A stretch of DNA of 64,000 nt from the human T2T-CHM13v2.0 reference genome, Homo sapiens (GCF_009914755.1 NC_060929.1), one strand, 5' to 3'. Shown: positions 1 to 22,176, counted from the first letter of the stretch. The notes: generated by a model not told the origin, from the letters alone. Numbers and translations: made by a program.

Positions 1-3000
1 TCTGTTATAGCTCAGACTACATTTTAAGGAAATCTAGTTTTGTATTTTCTGAAAATAAAATATACCCATTATAGCACATTGGTTTAAGTTCTGAACTCTG
101 CTACATTTTTGCTGTGACATCTTGGACAAATTATCTCTTAGCCTCAGGTGCCTTGTCTACCAAATGGTGGCAATACTTGTGAGGATTAAATGACTTAATA
201 ATGTACTGTAGCACAGTCTATAATATAGTATGTGCTTAATAAATTATTTTGCCAACATACTTCCCTTTATTCAGATGTAGTTAGTGAGCCCATTTTGCAG
301 GTGGTTCCTTTTTCAAGCTACATTAAATTTGGGTCATATATCAAGAGATAACCACATAGGATTATCTTAATTTCAAAATCACTCTTATTCTAGCATATTT
401 TAATAACTACTGTTAAAAACAAATCCATGATTCCTATGCCTAGAATTCTACACTGCTAAGGGGAGGAAAGGGCTTTTTCATTTCCAAAACAATACTGTTA
501 CTCAACCACTAAGTCTCACTACCTTGTCCTAATAACCATGCCTGAAAACCTCAGTTTCCTCCTGAAAACCAGAGTATCCCCAAAACATCAGCAAATACAG
601 ATTCATTTTGCCATCCACTTAAGTCTTTAAAGCCCATTACAATTCTTCTAAAGATATTTTATCACTAGGTAAAGTAGGAATAACATTTTCCACTGTACCC
701 TATCTATGAAAATCTAGAGTCTGACTTTAACACAAGTTGGCAATGAAAATATTCCCACCTCCAAAAACTGGTATATACTGGGGAATCTTCTGACTCCCTT
801 ACCAATACTCAGAGATGGCCAAGATTTTAAATTTCCATGGGATCAAGATGCAACCAAATCCTGATTAAAAGCAAAGTAGGACATGATTATTAACCACAAT
901 GTGTAGCGGAAGGTCCTCCAGCTATTTTAGACAGCTTAATCATGTCTGAAATATCCAAACTCAACAACTTGAAATACAAGTTGTGTCTTATAACTTCATT
1001 TTTAGCATGCTTTAAACTTTACTGAACTTTGCTAAACAAAGAGGTAAAGCCTTCAAAAGCCTTAAAGAGGCGCTTAAAAGTTTCTAGTGGCTAGGTAACA
1101 TGGGTAGAACAAATTTAAGAATGAGTTTCCTTCATTAAGCAGTAGAAAGGAATGCTGTTACTTATTAAGCAATGTCATCTTCAATGTTACTTCACTCAAA
1201 CAGGCAAATTATAGTCATGATTTAATTTTTTGGACTGTTTCAGAGAATATAACGTATGCAAATTAAAATGTGTGAACCTGCCTGCTACTGAAAGCAGTAA
1301 GAACAAATCCAGAGGTCACATCCACCTATATACAATACTGCAACAACAGCAATCTATAAAATGCAATACTGGATTGAAGGCTTCAAGTAACAAAACAAGA
1401 TCCTACTGAAACAAAAGAACCTGGCTAATTCTTGGTAGTGCAACATAATGGGTCGTGACCTATATTACCCTTTCTGTACAGTATTCTCACATTTTGGGAA
1501 TAACTGGTCACTCTATCATACGGCACAAGTTCCTGTAAGATCATTAAGAAGGTCTGGATATTCTATTGAATTCAAAGAAAAACCTAAGGACTAACAAGCC
1601 GCTGTCTTCGATTCATATTAAACTAACGTTTCTCCAGTAAACCGAAGGAGTGAGCACAAGCCCGTCACTGAATGGGGCCAAACTTTTAGAAGCCTCATTC
1701 CAAACAGAACTGTCCCTAATTTATTAAGAACAAAACACTAGTAAAACCAACCTGTGAATTGGGCCTTCAGTACAATTAAGCACATCCTGTTTCATATAAC
1801 AGTAATAATGAAGAGCTTGGAGGGGCTGTCATTCTAAAATTGCAAATCTACCCATAAATGACAATCCTGGGCTGGAAACCAGAATGTCAAATTCTTGTGC
1901 TGAAATCAACTTTTCACATGGCCTGAGGCAGGCCATTCTACTATTCTAAGAATGCTCAGACATACAAGTATGTAATAATGTTCCAAACACTTTTTTTTGG
2001 GGGGGGGGCACTTCCTGTAAGTAAAAAGTTTCTATGACTGGGAAAGGAACAAAATAAAGTAATAAAAGAAACAGGAATACCCCTGGCACACCTTCCTCAA
2101 ACGAACAACGTTAAAAAAAAAGAAAACACACACACACAGCTAATTTTAATCTAGCCTACTCTCCCCCCAATGGACACACCTACAGTTTCTTATCAAAATG
2201 TACAAGACTCAAAGCCCATTTAATTCAATTATGAATCTCACTCAACAAGCATCAAGCACATCAGGCGCCTCTCTACAGCGATATCCCCACAAGTTTCAGA
2301 GAAATGCCAGCAGGGACTCTGTAGTTATGATTCCTATCAAACGGCCCCCTAACCCGTATTTCTCCTGGACATACACATGCAGATTCATTAACCAAAACCT
2401 ACCCAGCACCCCTCACATCGCGCGTACGTTGGCATTTTCAGTTTATAGGTGGGTCCTGGAACAGCTAAAACCAGGAAGCTCCGGGGTAATTAGAGGACTT
2501 GGGAGAAGTCATCTTGGGACAGGTGGAAGACCCAGAGAAATCAGGAATCAGAAAGAAGCTGTCCCTGGCCACCTCTGCTTCCCGTCCCATCCAAACTTCA
2601 CCCACCCGGGTCTCAGAAGCCCAGAAGGGAGAGGCCATTTTAATGAGGCCTGGCTGAGAAATGAAGGGAGAAGAGGAAATCAGGGAAGGGCCCTGGGAAA
2701 GGAAGGCCGAACACTTTGCCACAATAGCACCCGAGTCGGGTGGCAGCACCTGGAGCCCGAAGAGGGAGGACCTGGACTTAAGGGCCCGGGAGAGGTGCAA
2801 AAGTAGCGGTGGCCTACCACGAGGGGGGCCGAGTGATCTAAACCGGGGAGCGCGGGCCCCTTACCCCCATGCGGGGAAAGGACCCCTTCTCGGGCCAACC
2901 GCGCCGACCCTCGCCCCTGGGTCAGGGGCTACTACCCAGAGATCCAGAAGGCGGGAGTTGGCTAGTGCCTGGTTCTCCTCATCCGGCCATGCGGCGCGGG

Positions 3001-3062
3001 GGCGTCCATCCTGAGGGGTCCGGGAACCAAGAGGGCACGGAGGGTGCCGGACGCGGCGCTCA

Positions 3063-3167
<105 letters not shown>

Positions 3168-3327
3168 CTAGAGCGGCCCGGCGGGGCCCGGAGACACCAA
3201 GACCACAGAGTTAGCGCCGCCGCTGGGGCAGAGCGGCCCCCTTCCTCGCCATCCCCCAGAGGCCCTCTCCTCCCGTCCGGTGCAGCTCGCCACAAAGGTC
3301 ACCGGCCTTTCCCTCCCTGTGCCTTAC

Positions 3328-3470
3328 CTAAGGGCCCAGTCCTGGGCGGCAGCGGCTGCTCCTCCCCGGCGGCGGCTCCGCGGCGGCGGCGGCTCTGACG
3401 TAGGACACCGGCTCCCTCTCTCCAGGCAGCTGCATGTGTTGCAATCCGCTCACATGGGGCCTGTGACATC
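3328..3470 (-). other. ETF1: ETF1 non-coding exon 1 (5'UTR containing uAUGs); TSS approximate
   Basis: Donor TAG|GTAAGG at 3328/3327; 160-nt intron to acceptor at 3168; GC-rich with GCC runs; promoter motifs immediately upstream. Confidence 0.85.
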
Positions 3471-4811
3471 ACTTCCTCCGCCAGGGGCGGAGTGGAAGGC
3501 GGCAGGCGGAAGGGAGGGGGCCGGTGCGAGTGAGGAGAAGCTGGGCGTCCGCCGCGACTTCTCATTGGCTCTCTGCCCCGCAGCCTACAATGAGCCCGCC
3601 GATTGGCTGCAGCTGGGTCCGCGCCGCCTTGTGAGGTAAGGCTGGGGGGTGGGAGGTGCCACCTTTCTTCCGGCCCGGCAAGGCGAGAGGAGGAAGCGGG
3701 CGGAAGCCGGTGGCTCTCGCGAGTTTACTGAGAGCCCCCGTCAGGCTCGAATGGGGGTGGTTCTTAAAGAGAGAGGACCGGGGTCGTCGTCTTTTCAGTC
3801 CATTCTCCTTGAATAGGGTGGACATCTGAGGCTTTGCGACTCGAAGCTAGGCACTTGGGCCCGACGCGCGGTTTGAACGGTGCTTGAGAAGCCGCGAAGA
3901 AGCGCCTCGCGCTCAGCGGCTTCTTCGCTGACGAAGTGCTGCGGTCTGCGTGCGTCATGGCTGCACGGAATAGTGTGGAGGAGTCCTGGCCAGTAGGTCT
4001 GGATGAGGAACCTGCCTCCGGGCGGTCCGGGACCCTCACCTGCAGGGGCGAAAGAGGCCTGTTTTCTCTCGCCCCAGAGCTAGGACGGGCTCACTTTGGA
4101 CTTAGAACTTTATGGGGTGGAAGACAGCGGGGGCTGCCTGAGCTTGGAGACCTGAGGTATCTGGTCCCATGTATGATTTGGCCTGAGCCGTTGAGAATGG
4201 GGGTGGAGAGAGTTGAAACAAAATGGGCATCCACATACGGTTAGAACTTTATCTTTTTGAGTTAGGATTTTTAGGTGGCTACTTTGTCCCCCCTCACCTC
4301 GTCTGGGTTCAAATATTGAGCCCAGACCGTGTGCTGGACCCTGTTTTCCTGGGGATACAGAGGTGAACCAAACAGATGACAGTACTTACCCTTATGGAGC
4401 TTATAGTCGATTGGGTTTTTAAGTTTGTGATTTTATACTTTTTGTAATAAAATAATTACACAAATGCTTAAGTACTTCAGGGTGCTCTGAGAGTGTATGG
4501 CGGGGACCCAGCTCTGAAATGAGACCCAAAGGATGATTAAGAGTTTGTCAGGAGGAAACAGAATACAGTTGAGAACTACAGAAACGCCAGTGTGCTGGCA
4601 CAAGGTCAGGGACGGGGAGAGTGGTTTGAGGGAGCAGCAGGGGAAGAGGTCATGTAGGGTCTTTTAAGCCAGATTCAGAAGTTTGGTTTCTTTCAAGAAC
4701 AGTGGGTAGTTTAAAGGGTTTAGAGCCCTGGTGTGGACTGGAGAGAGTACAGGAGAAGCCCAGAGACCATTTTGGCTGCTTCATTATCATGTGAGAGATG
4801 ATTTTCGCTTA

Positions 4812-8231
<3,420 letters not shown>

Positions 8232-8627
8232 AGGATATCTTATAAGTTAAAGTAAATGAAGACCTAAGCTGTAGTAGTACAACATAAAATAAGATTTAAG
8301 GTTTTTATAAATTGACCTAGGACAAGTTGTTTATGGAGTGCAGTGTGTGTGAAAGGGACTTGGAATGGGCAAGTGTAAGATATCCTTTGTTCCCCTGTGG
8401 ACACCTAGTGGTGAAATGTAATTCTTCAGTTGAAGAGGGGACTGCAGCTAAGGAATGACAGTTTCCTCTCTAGAGGATCAGACATCTCTACATGAATTTG
8501 TAGTGTTGTTAAATTAAGCACACACTGGCCATTAATGCTTTACTGTGTAATGATTTCCTCCTTTAAGAAAATAAGGCCCACGGAGAACTAAAAGTTAATG
8601 TTTTTCTCATTCTCTCAGTGTAAAAAA

Positions 8628-8629
<2 letters not shown>

Positions 8630-8660
<31 letters not shown>

Positions 8661-8666
8661 TGAGTG
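8630..8666. repeat. (GT)~14 microsatellite
   Basis: Direct reading. Confidence 0.95.
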
Positions 8667-9595
8667 ACAGAATACCTGTTCTAGGGAGAGCTCATTAGCT
8701 GGGGTCTATCTCTAGCATATAAGAGAGTATTTATAGGGAGAGCCTGAATCCTGCCCTTGGCCCACCTGAAGAGGCAAGTGTTTAATGTTGCCAGTTGCCA
8801 GTGGTGCCTTGTTTGACTCAATAGAGACACTTGTAGAATAGCTAGACAAATGTTAATCTTTTAGTTCAATTCCATAAATATTTATTGCATGCCACTTTTT
8901 TGGTCCAGCACTGGGACAAGTGCTGAAAATTTTTAGATGTAATTCAGTCCTTATATTTATGGTCTTTTGTGGGGGTGCAGGGGAGACATAGGGTTGTTAA
9001 ACAAGTAAGATAACAGATAAAATAAATAGTTGTTTCTTGGACTGAAGCAGAAATGAACAAGGTGAGCCTGGAACATCTTGTTATATCAGTAAGCAAAGAA
9101 AGTAACATGGACTACTGGGGTTTTGTCAAAACGACTTAAGGGCCAACAGGAAGAGGCTCTCAGGCCAAGGTTAGAACAATTTGAGTATCACTAAGAAAGG
9201 TTGCAATGAAGTGAAACATAAAAAGTCGAAATCCATGAGTTCATGATGACACCCAAGAAACCTAATTTCCCCACTTTTGATTATGGAATTAATTCTGAAA
9301 ACTAGTAAATTAAGGAAAAGAGCTAAACATTTAACTGGTCTTCCCTTATATGTAGGTACATTGCAGTGTAACTTGGTACTTGTTAAAAGGGGAATTTTCT
9401 CACTATAGAGGTATTCCAATAAAAATGAAAAGACAGAAGTAAAATAATATACCTTTAATCAAATTAGAGATCTAGGTAATGATCATCAGTGGCTACTAAC
9501 ATGACAAAAGAGCCAACCGAAATTATGTTTGGAATTCATATAATATTTTAAATTCTGATGGAAATACACATCACCTGTTGTAGAAAAATGAAACA

Positions 9596-13897
<4,302 letters not shown>

Positions 13898-14013
13898 CAG
13901 TAAGTTGGTGTAAGAGGGATACCGTAAGTTCTTCTTGGGACCTAAGCAAGTACTTACAATCACTAAAGGGAGGCTCTACTAAAGAATAAAACCAATCATT
14001 TCTTTTTGCCTTT

Positions 14014-14370
14014 TGTGATAGTTAATTTTATGTGTCAGTTTAGCCATTGATGCCATTTAACGGGTTAAACATTTGTCTCTCTCCAGAAGAGATTAGTATT
14101 GAATTGGAGATTGCTCTGCTTTGATGTGAGTGGACATCATCTAATCAGTTAAGGGCCTATATAGAACTGCCAGAGCTAAGACATCCATATTCTTCTAACC
14201 TCGGACTAGGACACCACTGTGTTCCTGGTCACTGAAATTTTACCCCAACAGCTTTCCCAGCAGTGGACTGTGGGTGGGACCTCGGTTCCATAATTGTGAG
14301 CCAGTTTCTTTCTTACAGTAAATCTTATTCTAGATATATATCCTATTGGCTGTAGGGAATCTCCATATAC
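14014..14370 (+). mobile_element. MLT2-type (ERVL) solo LTR remnant
   Basis: Begins tgtgatagttaattttatgtgtca; contains cataattgtgagccag and tatatatcctattgg typical of MLT2. Confidence 0.65.
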
Positions 14371-15274
14371 CTTCTTGCTATTTATGCTATTAGCTTTACT
14401 GATAGGTGACTGAAATACTGTGTCCACCCATACCCAAGCAACTTCTCCCTCCTAATAGAACTCAAATATATATTTTGCTTGGGCATTTGGCTCCTCTCTC
14501 TGATCCCAAGGATGAATCTTGACTAGCATTAAGCCAGTAGTTCTCAACTGGAGTACTTTGGAAATCCTGGAGGGCTTTTAAAGTTATCTTTAGGAGACAG
14601 TAGAGGCAGTGGGCAAGGGCCAACCAAAAATGCTAAAAGTTATTTTCCAACACACCATATAACAATCCTTCATAATCCTACAATGTTCCCATTGAGTGTT
14701 CATGTGGTTGGAAACCTGAGCCTAGAATTTTTCACGAATCCCAAGAATCTTTTACATGGGTGTTAACAAGCACTGAATCTTCCAAAAATGTTGTCTAAAT
14801 CACTTCCTTCATACTTGCAAATTAAATTGATTTCTTATACTGATTTTTGGAAATACAGTAATCTCATTTCTACATATTACAAAACATTATAAAAGGAGCC
14901 ATTGTGTCTGATATTCTAAGCCCATCTTGATAACAGACTCTTTTGAACATGGCATATGACATTCATCCATGAAACATAAGGGAAATGTGCTGGAAGACTT
15001 TTGGGAAATCTTAACATTGAATAAAGATGTAGTTGCCTTTCTGCTCAGGTTGTCAGCACATGATAATTATTAGAACTACATCAGAGAATTTGGGACAAGC
15101 CAGTACACTGAGGACAGAAAAGCAGAAATAGGGAAAGAAATCTGGGTTCCTTTTATTTTTGAGCCATAGAAATAGTATCTTAGGACTTATTTCTAGATGC
15201 AGTTTCTTTAATGTAAGCCAATTCTGGTTATTTCTACTTGGAGCTGAAAGCAACCTGAAAATAGCCACCTTGGT

Positions 15275-15348
15275 TTTCATGTTAGAGATCTAAAAACTTT
15301 CATGTTAGAGATCTAGAAACTTTCATGTTAGAGATCTAGAAACTTTCA
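15275..15348. repeat. 23-bp minisatellite x3.2 (tttcatgttagagatctagaaac)
   Basis: Units start 15275, 15298, 15321, partial 15344; one substitution. Confidence 0.95.
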
Positions 15349-15598
15349 AGATTCTAAATGTACCAAAGGTCTAAGGGGAGAAAATAAAATCCTTCAAACA
15401 AGATTTGCACATGCTGATACTGCTCATTATTTCATTATAACAGCCCTTCCAAATCTTGAATTTGCATTTTTAACCAGTGTTAGCAAATCCTGTATTTCCC
15501 TCTTTGGGAAATATGGGAAGCATGAGCCATGGCATATTCTTGAAGCTAAATCTCAGGGCATCACCCCTCACAAACAAGAGATCAAGATGCTTTCTGTA

Positions 15599-15604
15599 TT
15601 TATT
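15599..15604 (-). terminator. HSPA9: Candidate HSPA9 polyadenylation signal AATAAA
   Basis: tttatt on + strand ~680 nt after the stop, preceded in the transcript by a U-run; another AATAAA near 15152 could be a distal site. Confidence 0.65.
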
Positions 15605-16283
15605 TAAAAAAAAAAAAATTCCAGAATGGGTAAGAGAACAATCATCAAGGATGTAGGTGCCAGACACAGGGCAGAAGGTAGCTAGAAAAGTATGCCTTAG
15701 GGAAGTTAAAGGTCTAGCCTCATTCCTACCTTGTTTTAATAGCTGTACCTAATATAAATAGCTAAGTTTCCCATTGTTCTAGATTCCTCTGCCCCATCTA
15801 CAAACATGGCACAGCCAGCTTGACTTGCAAGGCCTCAGTTGAAGGACCCCATGTACATACAGGCCAGTACAGCAGTACTAGGCTAACTAGAAGGATCTCA
15901 TCCCCATATGTGGTCTCATTTCAAGTCTATGGATGACTACCTTCATTGCTGTGTGCGAGATGGTTTCACCCCTTGAAAATATGGTCACTTCAGCATAAAA
16001 TAGTTAAATCTTTATAATGATCAATTCATCCTACCTCCTTTTACATGCAGCTGAAAAATGACAGGCTAGGGACATAGAATATTGTGAACTTTATACTGTT
16101 AGAATCACTGTCCATTAAATGATCACTAGCTAATGGTCACTAAATTTACAAATTAAGGAAATTATATATAGAATACTGCAAAAACACAGTAAAAAGACTG
16201 AAGTTCGCCCATTTCTGCTCAGGAAGTCTCTTCACTCCTAAGCTTCATATGTTGTCCTTCTGGCTTCAAAATTTCTGCTATTA

Positions 16284-16361
16284 TTACTGTTTTTCCTCCT
16301 TTTGATCTTCCTTTTGTTCCCCAGTGCCAGAACTTCCAGAGCCTTCTCGCTCAGATGCCAT
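16284..16361 (-). CDS. HSPA9: HSPA9 exon 17 CDS (C-terminus)
   Basis: MASEREGSGSSGTGEQKEDQKEEKQ then TAA TAA TAG. Confidence 0.97.
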   Translation of the reverse strand: MASEREGSGSSGTGEQKEDQKEEKQ

Positions 16362-16665
16362 CTGTTAAGAAAACATTTGAGAGCCACTCAGATTTAACGT
16401 TAGAGCTAACCATTTGCTCTTTGTTGCACTCCAAGATGAGGGACCCACATATGTCCTCATCATTCATTTCTATTCCACTCCCCCTCCCCACTTTCTACCC
16501 TACTGGTGGTTTCTGGATTCCTTCCCTTTGACACTAACTCCAATGCCAAAGTAGAGTCAAGACGGCAGGAGACTATCTCCCAACTCTAATCTCACTCTAA
16601 ATTCCACAAATGGCTATGGAGGGAGCCACCAGTGACAGTCATCAAGAACAGTTCCATCCAGATCA

Positions 16666-16863
<198 letters not shown>

Positions 16864-17020
16864 TTACTTTTCCAGGTCTCCTGTACCATTACAAGTAGAA
16901 GTACTATTTAGAAACATTTTAAAATAATTAAACCCCTATCAAAACCCACAGAAAAATAAACTTCACTGGCATTGGTAAAAATGTGTTCAACCTCTTGAGT
17001 TACTTTAAAATAGAACTCAC

Positions 17021-17113
17021 CTCATCAGCAGGTAATTGGTCCTTGAATTCTTCCATCTTGGTTTCTGTGTCGTGAATGATTCCTTCAGCCATATTAACTG
17101 CTTCAACTCGTTC
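17021..17113 (-). CDS. HSPA9: HSPA9 exon 15
   Basis: [31 protein letters not shown]. Confidence 0.97.
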
Positions 17114-17600
17114 CTTAGAGAAATTAGAAGTTTAAACGAAGACTTTCCAATCAACCAAAGTTTGCTGAATGTCTATACTCAGACAATAAGCTATGTGTTA
17201 CATACAGTTACAGATAAAAATAGAGTAAGAGGGAGAAATCAGAGTGGCATGAAAGAGTCTGGGATGGCTTTGAGAGAGATTTGGGCTAGATTTTGTAACA
17301 TCAGAATTGTGACAGGGAAAACAGAAGAAATAATAAAGGCACTGCAAACATAAGGTATAAACAACGGGGAAGGAAGAATAGATTATCTTAGGTTTTCTCT
17401 TACCCACAACCTATGACATGTCCAAACTCTCCCACTTTCTTGTTCAAGCGATTCTCCTGCCTGAGCCTCCCAAGTAGCTGGGACTGCAGGCGTGCACCAC
17501 CACGCCCGGCTTCAAACGATCTGCCCACCTTGGCAGTGGGCTTACAGTGCTGGGATTACAGGAGTGAGACACTGCGCCCAGCCCCAAACTCCCACTGTCA

Positions 17601-17852
<252 letters not shown>

Positions 17853-17855
17853 TTA

Positions 17856-18233
<378 letters not shown>

Positions 18234-18781
18234 CTAAAATAAATAATATCCAGAGTAAGGTCCTCTTACAGAGGGGTCCAGTGCTATTATTTCCAAATCT
18301 ATATGGTTTTCTAGTAAACAAGTCACTTGGTTCCTGGGAGAAACAAGTGATTTAATGTACAAAACACAAAGTTTATAAGCAACAGTAGTAGTTCGCTGCC
18401 TGAAATCAACTGGTTTTATACCAGTGAAGTTTAGCTATAGCAAGTAACCATAATGGCTGTATGTACCTGTGGACACACTAAATGACAGATAGCAAATCTC
18501 CTATTATTCACCTCACCAATAACCAATAAGCAATGCTGATCAGAAACCAGTAACAATATCAAATGTCTTTTAAATGAGTAATCAGGAGTTTATTTCTGAG
18601 GAAATTCCTAAGGCACAAGGAAAAAGCAAGGCTTTCAGGTAAAAACTGATGCCATGGGTATCTAGTTGCATCCCTTCTTCTCAAGACTACTCAGTATGTA
18701 TGTGTATGCCAGCAGTTTATACTAATATTTTTATGGCTTAGAATATTATCTCACTTTACAGTGAAGGAGGCATAGTATTCA

Positions 18782-18904
<123 letters not shown>

Positions 18905-19217
18905 CTAGGGAAGAAGAAACCCTCCTGGGTTGTCAATGTGATTAACCTACTCCATTTCTATAGAAAAAATGAAAGCCAAAGGTTTACATTCCAAGACTGG
19001 AAGACTCCTAATTTACGGTATGTTCAGAACAAAGGCTGATGTCTTTATAGGGAATAGAAGTAGGATTAGTACAGCAAATGGGCATACAATAGCAACTGTT
19101 TCAGCTAAGCAAATGCATTGTACAAAGACGCAGCATTAGGACAGAAGTCCTCAAAAGGAACTAAAATGTTGAAACATGCTCATCTGGGGAAACGGGATCA
19201 GAGAAAGAAGATGTATC

Positions 19218-19287
19218 ATGCTCAGTCACAGAAAGTCACCACATACTTTTCTTCAGAGTGATGTGTTGACAAATACATCACGGCACA
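19218..19287 (-). ncRNA. SNORD63B: SNORD63 paralogue in HSPA9 intron 11
   Basis: TGTGCCGTGATGTATTTGTCAACACATCACTCTGAAG...GTGACTGAGCAT: box C GTGATG (19276-19281), D' 19253-19256, D 19222-19225; clearly homologous to the intron 10 copy. Confidence 0.85.
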
Positions 19288-20026
19288 AATATACCAACAA
19301 CCATAGTTTTATGGAAAAACATCACAAGATTGGGTAAGTCAGGAAATAATTTTTTTTTTTTTTTTGAGACAAGACCTCACTTCATACTGTCGCCCAGGCT
19401 GGAGTGCAGTGGCATGACCTCAGCTCATTGCAACCTCTGCCTCCCATGCTCAAGTGATCCACCCACCTCAGCCTCCTGAGTAGCTGGGACTACAGGTACA
19501 CAGCACCATGCCTGGCTAATTTAACTTTTTGGAGAGAGGGAGCTTCACCATGTTACCCAGGCTGGTCTCAAACTCCTCAGCTCAAGTAATCCTCTCGCCA
19601 CAGCCTCCCAAAGTGCTGGGATTACAGGCATGAGCCACGGTGCCCAGCCAGAAATAATTCCTACTTCAAGAACAAGCCATGTCCAAGTAGCCCTGCTTGG
19701 TATCTCGGCACCCTCATACCACCCCCTTCATTCATCCATAAGATAAGAACACTCCCCTAAGTCTGGTCCAGACTATCCTTTTTACTGTCTTTGAGAACAG
19801 AAGACTACAGGAAATTCAGTCTCAAATGACTGAGATCCCTTTTAGCAAATTATGTTAATCCTGTGGAGGAGACTACTGATGTCCTTCTTATAATCATCAC
19901 TACCAGCTAACATGTAAGAACTTTTCTGGTAACAAAAAAACAAAAAACAAAACACAGGATTCTCACCACCCACAGTTAACTGTTTAATATTCTAAACTGT
20001 AAAACAGATAAAAATGAAGTTTTCTA

Positions 20027-20413
<387 letters not shown>

Positions 20414-20704
20414 CTACGCTCCCAGCCAGATCTCAAGACAGGCTAACTCAAATCTGAGAATGTTTATTCAAATAACCATTTCGTACTTGGGTTCCTGCTA
20501 ATGATCTTCTAACACTCATACACTTTATACCTATAGAAGTATCTCCTTCATGACCCTTGTAAATCTGGGAAGGATTCTCCTAAGTTTTATTATCTGCTTT
20601 CCTACACAACACATTAAATCATTTGAAACAGAGGATGCAAGGCAAGGGGACTTAGAAGTCCACATTCTCTTGTATATTATCAACTAAAGACCAAATTATC
20701 ATAG

Positions 20705-21001
<297 letters not shown>

Positions 21002-21291
21002 TAGCCAGGATGGTCTCGATCTCTTGACCTCGTGATCCGCCCGCCTTGGCCTCCCAAAGTGCTGGGATTACAGGCGTAAGCCACTGTACCCGGCCTCGGG
21101 GATTTCTTAATATATGAGGCATCCACCTGGTCCAGGACCTTTTTTTTCCAGGTTCATTTTTTTTTTTTTTTGCATATTTCCTTAAGGCCATGTATTTCAA
21201 TGGAAAAATTAAGAAAAAAAACAAGGTCACTATCTTAGGTCCAAGATAATCCTATTTAGGCTACCAAGAAGAACTGCATCTTCAACAGGTT

Positions 21292-21359
21292 TGTGCTCAG
21301 TCATTAGTTTTCCACACGTTCTTTCAGAATGATGTGTTGAATAAAATACATCATTGCAC
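21292..21359 (-). ncRNA. SNORD63: Box C/D snoRNA U63 in HSPA9 intron 10 (28S rRNA 2'-O-methylation guide)
   Basis: GTGCAATGATGTATTTTATTCAACACATCATTCTGAAAGAACGTGTGGAAAACTAATGACTGAGCACA: box C ATGATG, D' and D CTGA, 7-bp terminal stem TTTGTGC/GCACAAA, guide CAACACATCAT complementary to 28S AUGAUGUGUUG. Confidence 0.93.
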
Positions 21360-21783
21360 AAATCTTTGTCAAAGAGATGCACTAAGCTGCAAAGACACAT
21401 GTACAAAGATGGTGGCCGGGGGCGGGGTATTACCAAGGTTTTATGTTCCCCTCTGACCTCAAACTTTGTTTCAATCCTAAAAATTCTATGACTGAGTTCG
21501 GGATCCTCCCTGCTACTGCCCCTAAAGAAATTCTGCCCCTCCCTAATTTTTCATACATACATACATACATATATATATATAAATTAGACTCATGTGATCT
21601 GCCCGCCTCAGCCTCCCGAAGTGTTGGGATTATAGGCGTGAACCACCATGCCCGGCCTATTTTTCAATTTTAACAAAACAAACAGAAAAGAATTCTTTAG
21701 TGAGTATATAATCTCATCTCCCTTTTAGGTCACTCCAGCAGAATGGGCCATATATTTGTGCCACCTGTCCCAAGAATACACTA

Positions 21784-22053
<270 letters not shown>

Positions 22054-22176
22054 TTAATTGCATGTCAGCGAGCAGGCCAAATGACGGTTACATTTATTAT
22101 TTCAACTAAAATATGACCATGCCCTAGGACAGAAGACTTGCAAAACCACAGGGAGGGTGAGATCTAATTTAAATGA

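Noticed and set aside
2198-2806. 202-aa plus-strand ORF antisense to ETF1 intron 2
   Set aside because: No recognisable domain; runs into GC-rich, stop-poor island edge; no promoter or splice support
15275-15348. Direct repeats superficially like a CRISPR array
   Set aside because: No spacers, eukaryotic context; simple minisatellite
16398-16410. 9-10 nt complementarity to 18S rRNA (UAGAGCUAA) inside the intron 16 C/D-like element
   Set aside because: Not adjacent to a D/D' box and short enough to arise by chance
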